A stretch of DNA of 64,000 nt, from the NCBI GenBank assembly GCA_964016885.1, contig OZ024760.1, positions 14,322,001-14,386,000 on the forward strand, written 5' to 3'. Position 1 is the stretch's first letter. Every line of letters begins with the position of its first letter. The stretch is from Eledone cirrhosa. Its lineage: Eukaryota. The notes under the pieces were generated by a model, which was not told the origin of the DNA, did no database searches, and saw nothing but the letters and a program-made list of their open reading frames with translations. Shown here piece after piece: positions 1 through 14,599 of this stretch. The position numbers and the translations under genes were made by a program.

Positions 1-1177
1 TAAACCGAATTCTATATTATCAATTCACTTAAATAATTATCGTGTCGTCTTGAGTTCGTTATGAGTCTCTTTTTTTTATAAAAGGATGCCACAGAGTGTA
101 CGATAGATAATGATTACAATATTTTTGAGCAACAACTCTAGTCCCACACTTTTGAAGGTTTATTATAACATTCTGTGGCTCTTTTGGGGTTGCGCATTTT
201 TCAGGTCTAGTTTAATATTTTTTTAAGGCAACGCTTGTAATAACTCTAGTTAAACATGATATATATTAATAATAAATTATCGTTGTAATGTAATTAGATT
301 ATATAATTGTTATTTTATAAATGATCTTATAAATATTATTGTAAGATGTATAAAAATATTTTCAGACTTTTAATATAAACAACTACGAAAAACAATCAAT
401 ATTAAATAAATATATTTTTCATAATAATTGTTATAGTTGAATTAATAAAAATTAAATATTACATACAAATAGTCTAACATAATAATAAAAAAAATAATCT
501 AACATAATAATAATAAAATAATCTAACATAAAACGAACCATAATATGGACATATATACAAGTAAATATGATACAACCAATATTCTAAGCATGTTATAACG
601 AACTGAAAAAAAAATAGTTAATATAAATTTTAAAAATCATATAGAAATTAACAATATAACTTATCAAAACGAGAAAAATATTTTGATGATAAAATGACAA
701 AATACGGGAGAGAGATTCGAAAGCGAAACGATAAATAAACGTGCAAACAAAACGCTTTTGGGCAACAATTACTCTCGTTGATTGATTAGCCAATAAGACG
801 ATGAAATTAGCCAATAAGACGATACATTACAAAACATGTTTGGAAGGAATCGCCACGGCCAGCGATACCCCTTGAATCTTTTATTCACAAGCTACGCATA
901 TATTGTCAGACAACATGCAGACTTAAAACATTCTGTTGTTAGTCACTGCGTGTCTAACAGATACAGTGGAGGACTAGGTCTAAAAATATTGGTTGCCAGG
1001 AGATGAATGGGGCCCACCTACATATAGAATGCTATCATTTAATTTTTATAATGAATAAATAACATTTTCGAAAAATACATAGGTAGAAACAAAACAGTGC
1101 AATCAAATTTTTGCGGGAAAATATCTTACCTTCTCCAATAAAAAATATTATGTATTTTGCGAAATCCAGAGACTTTC

Positions 1178-1655
1178 AATAATGACCAGAAGTCGACCCT
1201 AAATATTACTAATAACTCTAGGAAAGCCATGAACAACACAACATCTTTTTAACTTTGATTTTGAAAGTAGGTTTATAATTATCAATTTTCATTATACTTT
1301 TGTAGTTGTCTCGGCGGTCTAGCTGGAGGAACCATAGACGGTGGTGATCGTGGTCTGAAGTTCGATCCTGGTCGGGAGTAGGGTTCCCAGTAAACCTTTT
1401 CATTTTTTTCTCTATGGGTTGTAAAATAAAAACTGAAAAAAGGTTACATGTACCTCTTGACCAGGATTGAACCCAACGCCAGAATCTCCACCGTCTCTAG
1501 TTCCTACCGCTAGGCTAATGAGACAACTACGAAAATCTTATGAAAATTCATACTTATAAACAAACTTTCAAAATGTTCAAAACAAAGTGTTGTGGTTTCG
1601 TTCATGCCTTTCTTAACGTTATTGCTCCTACTTAAGGTCGACTTCTAAATCATTT
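1178..1655. repeat. Diverged fold-back element with a tRNA-like A/B-box cassette in each arm
   Basis: Left arm (agaagtcgacc..gaaagccatgaac..ttttgaaag..gtagttgtctc..agacggtgg..atcctggtc..aaccttt) is the reverse complement of the right arm. Arms contain A-box-like (CGGTCTAGCTGG / TAGCCTAGCGG) and B-box-like (GTTCGATCC / GTTCAATCC) motifs followed by T-runs. Confidence 0.75.
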
Positions 1656-1815
1656 GGGAGTTCCATAAACTACATCCTCGTTTTGTTTCACATCTATCGA
1701 GACTACATTTTAACCTGTAATCCATGTTTCATTTCTGTTCCACCCCATTTCTGCCCCTCCTCCATTACTAATTGATTTGACAGATGTCTTTAACCCATTG
1801 ATAGCAAATATTATT

Positions 1816-1990
1816 TGGATTGTCAGTATCGGTAGAGGGTCGGACGCCATGCTTTGCAGCAAAGAGTTACGGCCCTTTATCCCGCCGAGGTTAACTTTGC
1901 CTTTCATCCTTACGGGGTCGATAAAATAAAGTATCAGTGGTGCACTGGCATAATTGCTGGCCTTGTGCCAAAAGTAGAAACAATTATTTG
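1816..1990 (+). mobile_element. tRNA-derived SINE family 1 (Meta/MESC-like core), internally deleted
   Basis: Matches fuller copies at 34582 and 59402; core ccgaggttaactttgcctttcatccttacggggtcgataaaataaagt, tail gaaacaattatt. Confidence 0.8.
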
Positions 1991-2289
1991 GTCAGTATTT
2001 CGTGTGTAAGTATATATATATATATATATACATATGATTGTGTGTCTGTGTCCATATATGTATGTTTGCATGAATGAATACACTAAGCTTTAGATTTAGT
2101 AGAATGTACCACCAGATTCCAACTATTTGCACTATCGTATATTTTGGTTTCTAGTAATTCCCTGGGGATTTGGTGGACCAAATGCTTTGTTTAATTGATT
2201 TATTTATACTTTTAAAGATTTGATTCTTTCTCTTAGATTTCAGGTATTTTTTTGGCCCCTAAAATACTAGAGTGTGCTCTGCAATGCTA

Positions 2290-2364
2290 ATCTGGGCTCT
2301 GCAATGCTAATGTGGGCACCCTGGGGCCCACTTGCCATTGAGCAACCTGACCAGTCCGCCACTG
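2290..2364 (-). mobile_element. End of a hAT-like non-autonomous DNA transposon
   Basis: Minus strand starts CAGTGGCGGACTGG...GGGCCCC, resembling hAT-derived MITE termini; partner end not found. Confidence 0.45.
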
Positions 2365-2392
2365 CATATATATATACACACACACGCATATA

Positions 2393-2428
<36 letters not shown>

Positions 2429-2455
2429 CATATATATATACACACACATACAAAA

Positions 2456-2489
<34 letters not shown>

Positions 2490-2547
2490 GCGCACATACA
2501 AAAACACACACATATATGTATACACATTCAAAAACACATACACACAC

Positions 2548-2619
<72 letters not shown>

Positions 2620-2764
2620 CATATACACGGGTGTGTATGATTGTGTATAGAAGATTATATTAATAAAAGGAATTCCAACTCTGATTTACTCGTTTTATTT
2701 ACAATCCTTTAAAATTATGATATAATGAAATAGTATGGTAGAATATTAAATGTTAAGTGTTAAT

Positions 2765-2803
2765 TGAACAAGTACTTTCATGCTTTCGCAATCTTCAGGT
2801 TCA
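2765..2803 (-). ncRNA. Minimal Type I hammerhead ribozyme
   Basis: Minus strand UGAAC-CUGAAGA-U-UGC-GAAA-GCA-U-GAAA-GUAC-UU-GUUCA: 5-bp stem I, intact core, GNRA-capped stem II, palindromic GUAC in stem III. Confidence 0.8.
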
Positions 2804-4014
2804 TATTCTGTGGTGACAGTCAAGTTTGCAATTTTCAATATATACATATATATATACACACCCATTACATATGTAAACACATACATACAATACAGTTCGT
2901 CATGTCTCCAAACAGAAGTGTGTGTGTGTGTGTACTTGCATTATCTATGATTATATGTTGTAATGGCAACACAAACGCCACACACGCACCCCCACCCTTC
3001 CAAACAAGAATGTGTATACAAGTTACATGCATTAAATATACAGACAAAAAAACACACATATATGTGTGCGTGTATATAAGTATGTTTATATACATACATA
3101 CATTTATGTACATACATACATATACATATATTTATGTACATACATACATATACATACATGTATGTACATACATACATGTATGTATGTATGTGTGTGAATG
3201 TGTAACACAAACATTTCAAATTTAAACACAGACAAAAATACACGCACATAGCTATGTGTGCGTGTATGTGTGCGCGTGTGTATGTGTGTATACATGTGTG
3301 TATGTGTATACGTGTGTGTATGTGTATATGCGTGTACGTGTATATGTGTTTGTGTGTATGTGTGTGTATGTATGTATATGTGTGTATACGTGTGTGTATG
3401 TAGTGGGTCAAAGCTATTTATCGTCAGCTTTATCTGCTGCTATTCAGACATCACGTAGTATTGTCACATACTTTACTTCCATTTCCAGTCTTTGGCCTTG
3501 GAATAACTGCTACACCAACCACCCCCACCATCAACAGTAGAAACAAAACTAAACACCGCCACCACCACCACAAACAACAGCAGAAATAACACTAAACACC
3601 ACCACCGCTAACAGAAACAACACTAAACACCGACACCACCAACAGAAACAACACTAAACACCGTCACTTCCACCACCAACAACAGAAACAACACCAAGAA
3701 GAAGAAAAAGAAAAAGAGTTAAACAGGACATTCTGAAAAAAAATGTTTAAAGTCTTTAAAGTGAAGTAAAGTAAAGTGTTTTGTTGAATAACACAACCTT
3801 CCTACCTGTTTAAGAATTGAACCTACGACACGCTACAGTGAATCCCTTCTCCGCCCTTAAGGTCACAAGCCCTCACTATCTTCACAGTATGTCATATTTT
3901 GTCGATATCACGGGTGGGGTGGGGCAGACAAAGGAATTAAGAGCTGTCGAATTAAAGCCACCGATATTTGGACCGACGATGCAAAAGTACGAAGGATGTT
4001 AGACGCTATATTTT

Positions 4015-4185
4015 TGAACTGTTTTCAGTGGTTCGACCGTGGCCATGCTGGGCCACCGCCTTCATTTAGGATTTCATCGATCATATCGGCCTCCGGGTAC
4101 ATATATTTTTTAAGTCTGCTACTTATTTTATCGATCTCCTTTTGTCGAACCGCTAGTAAACGGAACATAAACAGATCACAGACGT
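4015..4185 (-). mobile_element. Degenerate copy of an octopus-type SINE-like repeat
   Basis: gtggccatgctgggccaccgcc...tacttattttatcgatctccttttgtcgaaccgcta resembles an abundant octopus repeat (from memory, not aligned). Confidence 0.5.
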
Positions 4186-4339
4186 AAGTATAGACACGGG
4201 AACATACAAACACTCATACATATATATATATAAATGCACACACATACACACACACACACACATATATATACACATACATATATACACATACACATATACA
4301 AACATATATATATATATACATACACATATACAAACATAC

Positions 4340-4385
<46 letters not shown>

Positions 4386-4388
4386 AGG

Positions 4389-4601
4389 AACGATCGACTT
4401 TCGTCAAATCGGACCGAGGAAACAATGTTTCCGTTGGTGTTTCCAAATGCTAATACTATCTATCGGTCGCAACTCCAGGTAGGAGCAACATGAAATAAAG
4501 TGTCTTGCTCAAGGACATAACGCATCGCCTGGTCCAGGAATCGAACTCACAACCTCACGATTGCGAATCCAATTCTCTAACCACTCAGCTACACGCCTTC
4601 A
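4389..4601 (-). mobile_element. tRNA-derived SINE family 2
   Basis: Reverse complement of 26599-26813; A/B-box head (gagttcgattcc) and tccttgagcaagacactttatttca core. Confidence 0.85.
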
Positions 4602-5106
4602 CATATACATATATATACATATATATATACACATACATACATATACACGTGTATGTGTGATATATAGAGAAGGGGAGGGAGGTATGTGTGATATATAGAG
4701 GGGGGCGGTATGTGTGATATATAGACGGAGGGAGGGCGGTATGAGTGAGATATAGAAAGGAGGACGTATGTGTGAGACAAAGAGGGAAGGGAAGGACGTA
4801 TGTGTGAGACAAAGAGGGAAGAGAGGGAAGAGAAGGACGTATGTGTGAGACAAAGAGGGAAGAGAAGATCGTGTGTGTGAAATAGAGAGCTTCAGCCTGT
4901 GCATGTGCGTAAGTGTGTGTGTGTGTGAGGATGTGTGTGCATGAGAGAGACAGAGAGGGAGAGGGAGAGAGGAAGCAAAGTCTATAAAAAAATTAAGATG
5001 GAAAGAAAATAAAAGACCAAAAAGGAAGACAAGAAAGTACTGGCTTCAAAGATTTGCTATTCATGTAGGAAATAATTTATATAGACAACACAAAACACAC
5101 CTAAAC

Positions 5107-5402
5107 TATATATATATATATTGTTTATTATACATTATATATATATATACAATATATATATATACAATATATATATATATATATATATACAATATATATA
5201 TATATATATATATATACAATATATATATATATATATATACAATATATATATATATATATATATACACAACATATATATATATATATACACAACATATATA
5301 TATACACACAATATATGTATATATATATATACAACATATGTATATATATATATATACAACATATGTATATATATATGTATATATATATATATACAACATA
5401 TG

Positions 5403-5448
<46 letters not shown>

Positions 5449-5455
5449 ACATATG

Positions 5456-5505
<50 letters not shown>

Positions 5506-5538
5506 ACATATGTACAATATATATATATATATATATAT
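5107..5538. repeat. (TA)n microsatellite with CAA interruptions
   Basis: Direct reading. Confidence 0.95.
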
Positions 5539-5898
5539 GTGCCCAGTTGTTTTTAAGTCATCTTTAGTCTACAAAAGGTACTGCAGCACTCCCACCTCTA
5601 TCAAACACCTCTTCCTACAACCTCAGTCACCCCCCCCCCCTCTTCCCTTGCCAACCGTCCCCCTCCATCACTGTCGACTCCCCCTCTCCTTCCATCACCA
5701 CCAAACCCTCCTACCTCCAGCTGTGTGTATGTCAAACGTATAAAAACAAACACACGTTACATGTACAGGCACGTGTTACTGTATATTGTGTGTATATTAT
5801 ATATACTATATGTATATATATATATATATATTGTTATACTTTGGGAGGGTCATGTTGCCAATAAGAAACGAAATTCAGAAACCAAATTCAGAAACGAA

Positions 5899-5934
<36 letters not shown>

Positions 5935-5947
5935 TATATATATATTG

Positions 5948-5994
<47 letters not shown>

Positions 5995-6280
5995 TGTATG
6001 TATATATATTATATGTATTATATTTCTTTAAAATCTCGCTTCCTCGCGTGATGGTAGTGATATGAAGATAATGATACTGATGGCAGTAGTGGTGATGATG
6101 ATGATGATGATAGTGGTGATGACGATATCAATATGATATTGATGTGGTGATAGTGATGGTGGTGATGGTACTAATGAACATAGTGGTGGTGGTGATGGTA
6201 GTGATAATGATACGATGATGATGGTAGTAATGCTGATGATGATGATGATGATTCGCTTGTAGGAAATATTTTCCTTCAAT

Positions 6281-7520
<1,240 letters not shown>

Positions 7521-7570
7521 ATAGAGACAATCATATACACAGTTAATGCTTCAAGGAAACTACATCATCA

Positions 7571-7611
<41 letters not shown>

Positions 7612-7616
<5 letters not shown>

Positions 7617-8079
7617 CAAAATAACAGGAGGCATGTTCTGATGTAAATCCTTGAAAGGTTTATTTTACTTTGATCCCGGTGACATCATCAGGTAATTCAA
7701 AATATAACGAAGGAATATACCGGATAAAAATCTTTGGTGTTTAAATCAAAGACAAGAGGGCCGCCGGTATTTGAGTGACTTGTATCTACGTCGACCGCCC
7801 TGGTATATTCCTTCGTTATATTTTGAATTACCTGATGATGTCACCGGATTCATACTGAACCCGGTCATTGAGATGATCAGAGTAAAATAAACCTTTCAAG
7901 GATTTACACCAGAACATGCCTCCTGTTATTTTGTAATAATCAACTCCGTAATCGCACCACCAACTACACAAAAGAAGACGGGGGTTGCATTACATTATTC
8001 CATAACATTACATCGTGGCTGACCACACAGATTGACCAGTTCTTATCCAGTGGTGAACAAACAAACCCAAATAAATAAA
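7612..8079 (+). mobile_element. Fold-back element family E with degenerate HHR and 3' tail
   Basis: Inverted arms ~7612-7721 and ~7802-7938 (left arm internally deleted); CTGATGA at 7832-7838, hairpin, GAGA-TGATCA; unique tail ~7940-8079; (TA)n on both sides. Confidence 0.7.
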
Positions 8080-8218
8080 TATATATATATATACATACAC
8101 ACACACCTACATATATACATACGCACACACACACATACATATATACATACACACATATACATACATAGATATAAATATACACACGTATATACAAATACAC
8201 ACATACATAGATACAAAT

Positions 8219-8263
<45 letters not shown>

Positions 8264-8528
8264 CATATATACACATACATATATATACATAGACACACAC
8301 ATACACGTGTGTGTACGTATGTGTTAGAGAAAGGATGACGGTGATGTTGATTTGAAAAAAAGTGAATAACAAATGCGATAATACAGCTTGCTTAAACACT
8401 TTTTAGTTCATTTGGCAGTTTGGTGAAGAAAAACACTATTTTCTTCGATTTTTTCTCTCCATCATAACCCTCCATATCCAATTTCGTTCTCAAATGCCAC
8501 TCTTTCCCAGATTACTAATGCGCTAAGC

Positions 8529-8595
<67 letters not shown>

Positions 8596-8667
8596 AAAAA
8601 AAGATGAAATCGAAAATGCAACTGGAGTCTTATTTTAAAAATATATATATATATATATTTACTTGGT

Positions 8668-8708
8668 TCCTTTACCGGTTTCGCAGTTCTTCTGCTTTTC
8701 AAAAGTAG
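8668..8708 (-). ncRNA. Degenerate minimal hammerhead motif
   Basis: Minus strand cuu-UUGAAAA-GCAG-aagaa-CUGC-GAAA-CCGG-UA-aag; core CUGANGA mutated at two positions. Confidence 0.5.
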
Positions 8709-8865
8709 AGTTGAGATGGAGGGTCTGTGGTTTTTCTCACATATATATATTATAGAGAGAGAGAGGTATCATTGTTAGGAGTAATGAAACACTGTTTAGC
8801 ACTTGAATTAAAACAATATATATATATATATATTGAATTAGAAATTGAACAACAAAATATAACTA

Positions 8866-8933
8866 CTCCATTACCAAAGGTTTCTGGATCAGGGACGATA
8901 ATAATATACGTCTGGATCGGTCGTCAGACAGAG
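8866..8933 (-). ncRNA. Type I hammerhead ribozyme
   Basis: Minus strand CUCUGU-CUGACGA-[GAUC..GACG/CGUC..GAUC stem II]-GAAA-CC-UUU-GG-UA-AUGGAG; 6-bp stem I with G-U pairs, GUA site; base of stem II mismatched. Confidence 0.7.
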
Positions 8934-9289
8934 ATGTTATAGACAAAAGATATGAAATGAGATTTAAAATCTGTTAAAAATGACATACATATATATAAGT
9001 CGATTGCGTGAGTTATCGAGATATAAAGTGATAGACAGAATATTTCCTTAGACCAACGGTTATGAAAAGGGTTAAAGAATGAATATGGTAGGAGGGAGAG
9101 GAGAGAAAGGGCTGGAAGGGGACAGAAAGGGTGGAGAGAGAGAGAGAGAGAGTGAGATAGGCAAAAGGCTGGAAGGGGAGAATAATAAAGGGACAAGTAG
9201 AAATCATTTAAATATTTCTGTGGAACCTTTTTTGTGGGTCCCTTGAATGGGGACACGTTATTTATGGTTGGCAGACCCCTGACAATGTA

Positions 9290-9635
9290 TTGATGACTTG
9301 TCAATCGCAGCTACTGACTGAGTGAGCCTTTCTTTTTAGGGGCCTCAATTATGAATGAGGAAGACTTTATGGGTTTTCTTTCTTGCCACACCCCTAAATA
9401 AGTATAGAAAGTAGGGCTCATGGCTTGTCAATCGCAGCAATTGACTGCTATGAATGAGGAAGATTTTTTATGGGTTTCTATGGGTTTCCTTTCTTACCAC
9501 ACCCCTAAAAAGATAGGGAAATAGGGCTCATGGCTTGTCAATCGCAGCTATTGACTGCTATGATTAAGAAAAATTTAAAGGGTCTTTATGGGTTCCCTTT
9601 CTTGCCACATCCCTAAATAAATAGCGAAAATAGGG
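9290..9635. repeat. Three tandem ~115-bp units
   Basis: cttgtcaatcgcagc...ttatgggttt...cccctaaa recurs near 9297, 9424 and 9534. Confidence 0.8.
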
Positions 9636-9796
9636 TTAACTTAAACAGGTCTGTCTTGCCTCTTATAGAGGAACTGTTCATTTGCTTACACTAATAGGGG
9701 ACAAGAATTAAGTGTATCTGCCCTCGCTGATGCACACTCCCACACATAAACAGGTGTGTGTGCATATATATATGCACGTATATATGTGTGTGCGTG

Positions 9797-9832
<36 letters not shown>

Positions 9833-9836
9833 AGAG

Positions 9837-9867
<31 letters not shown>

Positions 9868-10181
9868 TAACCGTTTACGTTTCGCATATATATATATACA
9901 CACACACATAAAATACATATACATGTTCCAGCCAGTTGGCCTGGAACAGGTAAAAGAATATGTATATATATATATATATATACATATATATCTGTGAGTG
10001 TGTGTGTGTGTGTTTATATATATACACACACATGTATATATATATATATATACACACATATTACACATATATATATTATATATATATATATATATATACA
10101 CACACATTACACATACATACATATATATATATATACACACACATTACACATACATACATATATGTATATAAACATATATAT

Positions 10182-10421
10182 GAGAAAGTATGACCCCGAA
10201 GGCAGAGCTCAAGCCGTTTCGACGGCTATTTCAGTCCAGAAATAGCCGCCGAAACGGCTTGAGCTCTGCCGTCGGGGTCATACTTTCTCCTATTACCCAC
10301 AGCATTGAGTACTCTTGTGCGTTATGGTCCATCTGGTTCCTTACCACAACTCCTTCGTTATTATTATATATATAGTCCAGGACGGCTTGAGCTCTGCCGT
10401 CGGGGTCATACTTTTTCCTAT
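10182..10421 (+). mobile_element. Fold-back HHR-derived element family B plus adjacent partial copy
   Basis: Inverted arms around a ggctattt/aaatagcc hairpin; GAAA-CGGC..GCCG-TC-GGGGTC; tail with TTGAGTACTC at 10305; partial arm 10375-10421. Confidence 0.85.
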
Positions 10422-10498
10422 ATTTATATATACATATATATATATTACATGTACTTACAGATATACACATATATGTACATAAACATACATATTTATAA

Positions 10499-10552
<54 letters not shown>

Positions 10553-11519
10553 CGAGCATGCAGTCGTGCGGCATGCATTTAAGCATTTAAAAATATACAA
10601 GAGATTGAAATATGTAAATGCTAAAAGTGGAGAAGACCGTAAAAGCATGTTTAAAATAGGGATGACTGCGGCGACGAAAGAGGAGATGGCGATGCTGGTG
10701 ATGATGGTGCTTGCTGTGATGATGGTGATGCTGGTGATGATGGTGATTGCTGTGATGATGGTGATGATAGTGATTGCTGTGATGATGGTGATGATAGTGA
10801 TTGCTGTGATGATGGTGATGGTGAATAGAGATTAAAAAAAAAAAAAAAGGTTGAAGCAAATATAACAAATAAAGTGAATACAATCAGATCTGTTGTATTA
10901 GAAATGAAATAGAACGGAGAGAGGGGGGGGGGGGGGGGGGTTAGCAAGGGAGCACACACACACACACTCGCATACATGGTCATAGTTACACACACATACA
11001 TAAACACAATTGCACACACATTAACACAGCACAAACACACACATATATGATCACAATTACACACACATAAACACAATTGCACACACACACACACATATGA
11101 TCACCGTTACACACACACATATAAACAGAGCACAGTCACACACACACATGATCACAATTACACACACAAAAACACAACTGCACATGCACACACACACACA
11201 CTCACAATTACACACATACATATGATTACAATTACACACACACACCTAAAAAAAGCGATATTGTGTTCGCTCCTCCGAAGCACTGACAGCATAATAACTA
11301 AGGCTGTTATAGATGATGATGATGATGATACGGAGGAGGGGGAGGGGTGTGTGGATAGGGGGTACCGTGTGGTGTGTGTATGGGGGGTAATACCAGGAGG
11401 AAAGGCAGTAAAGAGGCCACCACAGCAGCAACTACTTCACTTCGCTTACAGCACCTCCATACAACAACACCACCACATTAGCAACACTTCATTCCGAAGG
11501 GGAAACTAAAGGAGCAAGT

Positions 11520-11709
11520 AGTAGTAGTGGTGGTGGTGGTGGTGGTGGTAGTGGTAGTAGTGGTGGTGGTAGTGGTGGTAGTAGTAGTAGTAGTGGTGGT
11601 GGTGGTGGTGGTGGTGGTGGTGGTAGTAGTAGTGGTGGTAGTAATAGTAGTGGTGGTGGTAGTGGTGGTGGTGGTAGTAGTAGTGGTGGTAGTAATAGTA
11701 GTGGTGGTG

Positions 11710-11744
<35 letters not shown>

Positions 11745-11810
11745 GGTGGTGGTAGTGGTAGTGGTAGTAGCAGTAGCGGTGGTAGTGGTAGTAGTAGTAG
11801 TAGTAGTAAC
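11520..11810. repeat. (GTG/GTA)n trinucleotide repeat
   Basis: Direct reading. Confidence 0.95.
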
Positions 11811-12088
11811 AGCATTATGAATTAAAGGGTCGTTTGTTGGTTGGTGTAGGTAGGTTTTGTACATGTATCAGAACACTGCTGCTGCTAACACATAAATACA
11901 TATATATACATACACGTGTGTGTGTGTATTATATACACAGTTAATACAATGGAACACACACACTGGTTTTATATATATATACCTATATATACATACATAC
12001 GTATATACACATATACCTATATACGTATATATATATATACACACACACAAACATATATATATACGTATATATATATACACACACAAAC

Positions 12089-12119
<31 letters not shown>

Positions 12120-12711
12120 TACATATATATACATACACATACCTAGATATATATATATATATACACACACACGCGCGCGTGCATACATATATATATATAT
12201 ATACACACACACATATATATATATACACACACATATATATATATACACACACATACCTATATATACATACACATACCTTTATATATATATATATATATAT
12301 ATATACATACACACACATATACCTATATATATATACACACACATATACCTATATATATATATACACACACATATACCTATATATATATATACATACACAT
12401 AAGATGCACTTATATACATACACATATACCTATATATATATATATGGAAATGTGGTTAAGTGTGTAATAGGAACCGTCATTTCCCTCCTTGTAAGGAAAG
12501 ATAGGAAAGGACGAGAGGAATAACTACTGTACACAGCTATAAGTACCTATAAGCATAAATATAGCTATATGTATATAGAAGGACATCTTTACGTTTACAA
12601 ATTATCTATACGTAAATATGTGTGTGTGTGTGTAGAGGGAGAGAGAGAGAGATGCAAGCGTATCTTTATGAAGTGTATCCATATGCAAATATGTGTAGCT
12701 ATATGTAAATA

Positions 12712-12750
<39 letters not shown>

Positions 12751-12790
12751 ATAAGTGCATCTTTACGTTTACAAGTGTATCTATATGTAA

Positions 12791-12848
<58 letters not shown>

Positions 12849-13122
12849 GTGAATGTATATAAGTGCATCTTTACGTTTACAAGTGTATCTATCTATCTTT
12901 ATGTATACAAATGTATCTATATGTATAAGTGTATTTTTATATGTACAAGTGTATCTGTATGTATGTATATATGTGTGTGTGTGTATCCATATGAATATAT
13001 GTGTAGCTATATGTACATATGTTTCTAAGTGTATCTCTGTATCTCTCGCTTTGTATATATGTATGTTGTTATATAGCAAGCACCATGTGCGTACATGTTG
13101 CTATATGTATGTGTGTGTGTGT

Positions 13123-13248
13123 ATCCCGGGTTCAATGGGAGGTAACCACAGTAAGTAAGGTACTCAATACATAGTAGAGTATACATATTTAATATAGAAA
13201 TGGCTTCTACAGGGCTAGAACCGTTTCATTCGAAGAAAATCATCAGGA
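13123..13248 (-). mobile_element. HHR-tail element family C
   Basis: Minus strand tc-CTGATGA-ttttcttcgaat-GAAA-CGG-ttctagcc-CTG-TA-GAAGCC, then tail with TTGAGTAC; homologous to 17163, 23483 and 61596. Confidence 0.8.
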
Positions 13249-13363
13249 TATGTGTGTGCGTCTGTGCAACTGTATCCATTATTGTTACATAGAATCAACA
13301 TAACTATTATTTCTCTTTTCTTGTTTAATAATACTAAGTCAATCCAACTGAGGAGGATTTGCA

Positions 13364-13400
13364 TCGCTGAAGAGGTCTAACAACATCGAAACACGTCTGG
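13364..13400 (+). ncRNA. Hammerhead-like core, possible Penelope-like element end
   Basis: CTGAAGAG-gtctaacaacatc-GAAAC-AC-GTC; stems I and II weak. Confidence 0.45.
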
Positions 13401-14271
13401 TTTTTCTCCAGTCGGCTCTGACAAAATCCACTCTATCCTTGGGATTAATTCATGTTGTTCGAGTTATCTCCCCTATCTATTTATAGATTTTGAACACTCC
13501 GCAAAGGGAGAACTTGCCTTTTAATTGCAAGGGTAATCTCAGTTAATTAAAGTTTCTCAGCTCTCCACAGTTCATAAGTGAGACTACCGTCTATATAGAA
13601 TATATATATATATATATACGTACGTACACACACACATGTTCAAATATAATGTATATATACACACACATATATCATGTTGAACGGTCCCCCGAGGTCTTTT
13701 CCCCACTATTCATTATACATACGTGTGAACCCCCCCCCCCCCCCACATATATATATATACACACACAGACCTTCATATATCATGTTCAATGGTCCCCTGA
13801 GGCATTCCCTATTATCCATTGTATGTATGTGTGTATATGTGTGTATATATATAGTATAAATAATGTTTCATGTATGTATGTATATATATATAGTATAAAT
13901 GTTTCATGTATGTGTGTGTGTATGTATATATATATATATATAATATATATATATAGCACACACTGTGTGCTTCTATTATTAATAATAGCATAAGCAATGG
14001 AGGGGACTTTGGTGGTGGGTGGGATGGCGATGGTGGTTACGATAGTGGTGAGATAACTGTGTTAGAGTGACTAACACTGCACTGATGAATGTAAATAGTG
14101 GTGGGGGGGGGGGGTTAAATGATCGATCATAGTTGCGATGGTGGTGGTGGGTTTTGGTAGAGGGTGAGGTGGGGTGGAGAAGGAAAACTACCAGAACAAT
14201 GCGTAAGGGTGTATCGAGATGAGAGGGGTGACGTGTATGTGTGTTTTACACTCCCATATATATAAATATGT

Positions 14272-14305
<34 letters not shown>

Positions 14306-14599
14306 GTATGTAAGTGTGCGTGTTTATATATACATATATATGTATAAATATGTATGTTTATATATATATGTATGTATACATAAATATATGTTTAAATGTG
14401 TATGTTTATGTGTTTATATATATAAACACACATACGTGTGTGTTTATGTATATATATATATATACATATATGTATAAATATACATATATGTATATATATA
14501 AATATATATATATTATATAAACATACATATATATGTGTGTATACATATATATATGTATACACACATATATATATAAAGATACTTAGATAATATATATAT

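Noticed and set aside
785-1005. Duplicated attagccaataagacgat (two CCAAT boxes) followed by a short ATG ORF containing HGQRY
   Set aside because: Could be a promoter or a Helitron remnant, but other helicase motifs are missing or mis-spaced and there is no further support.
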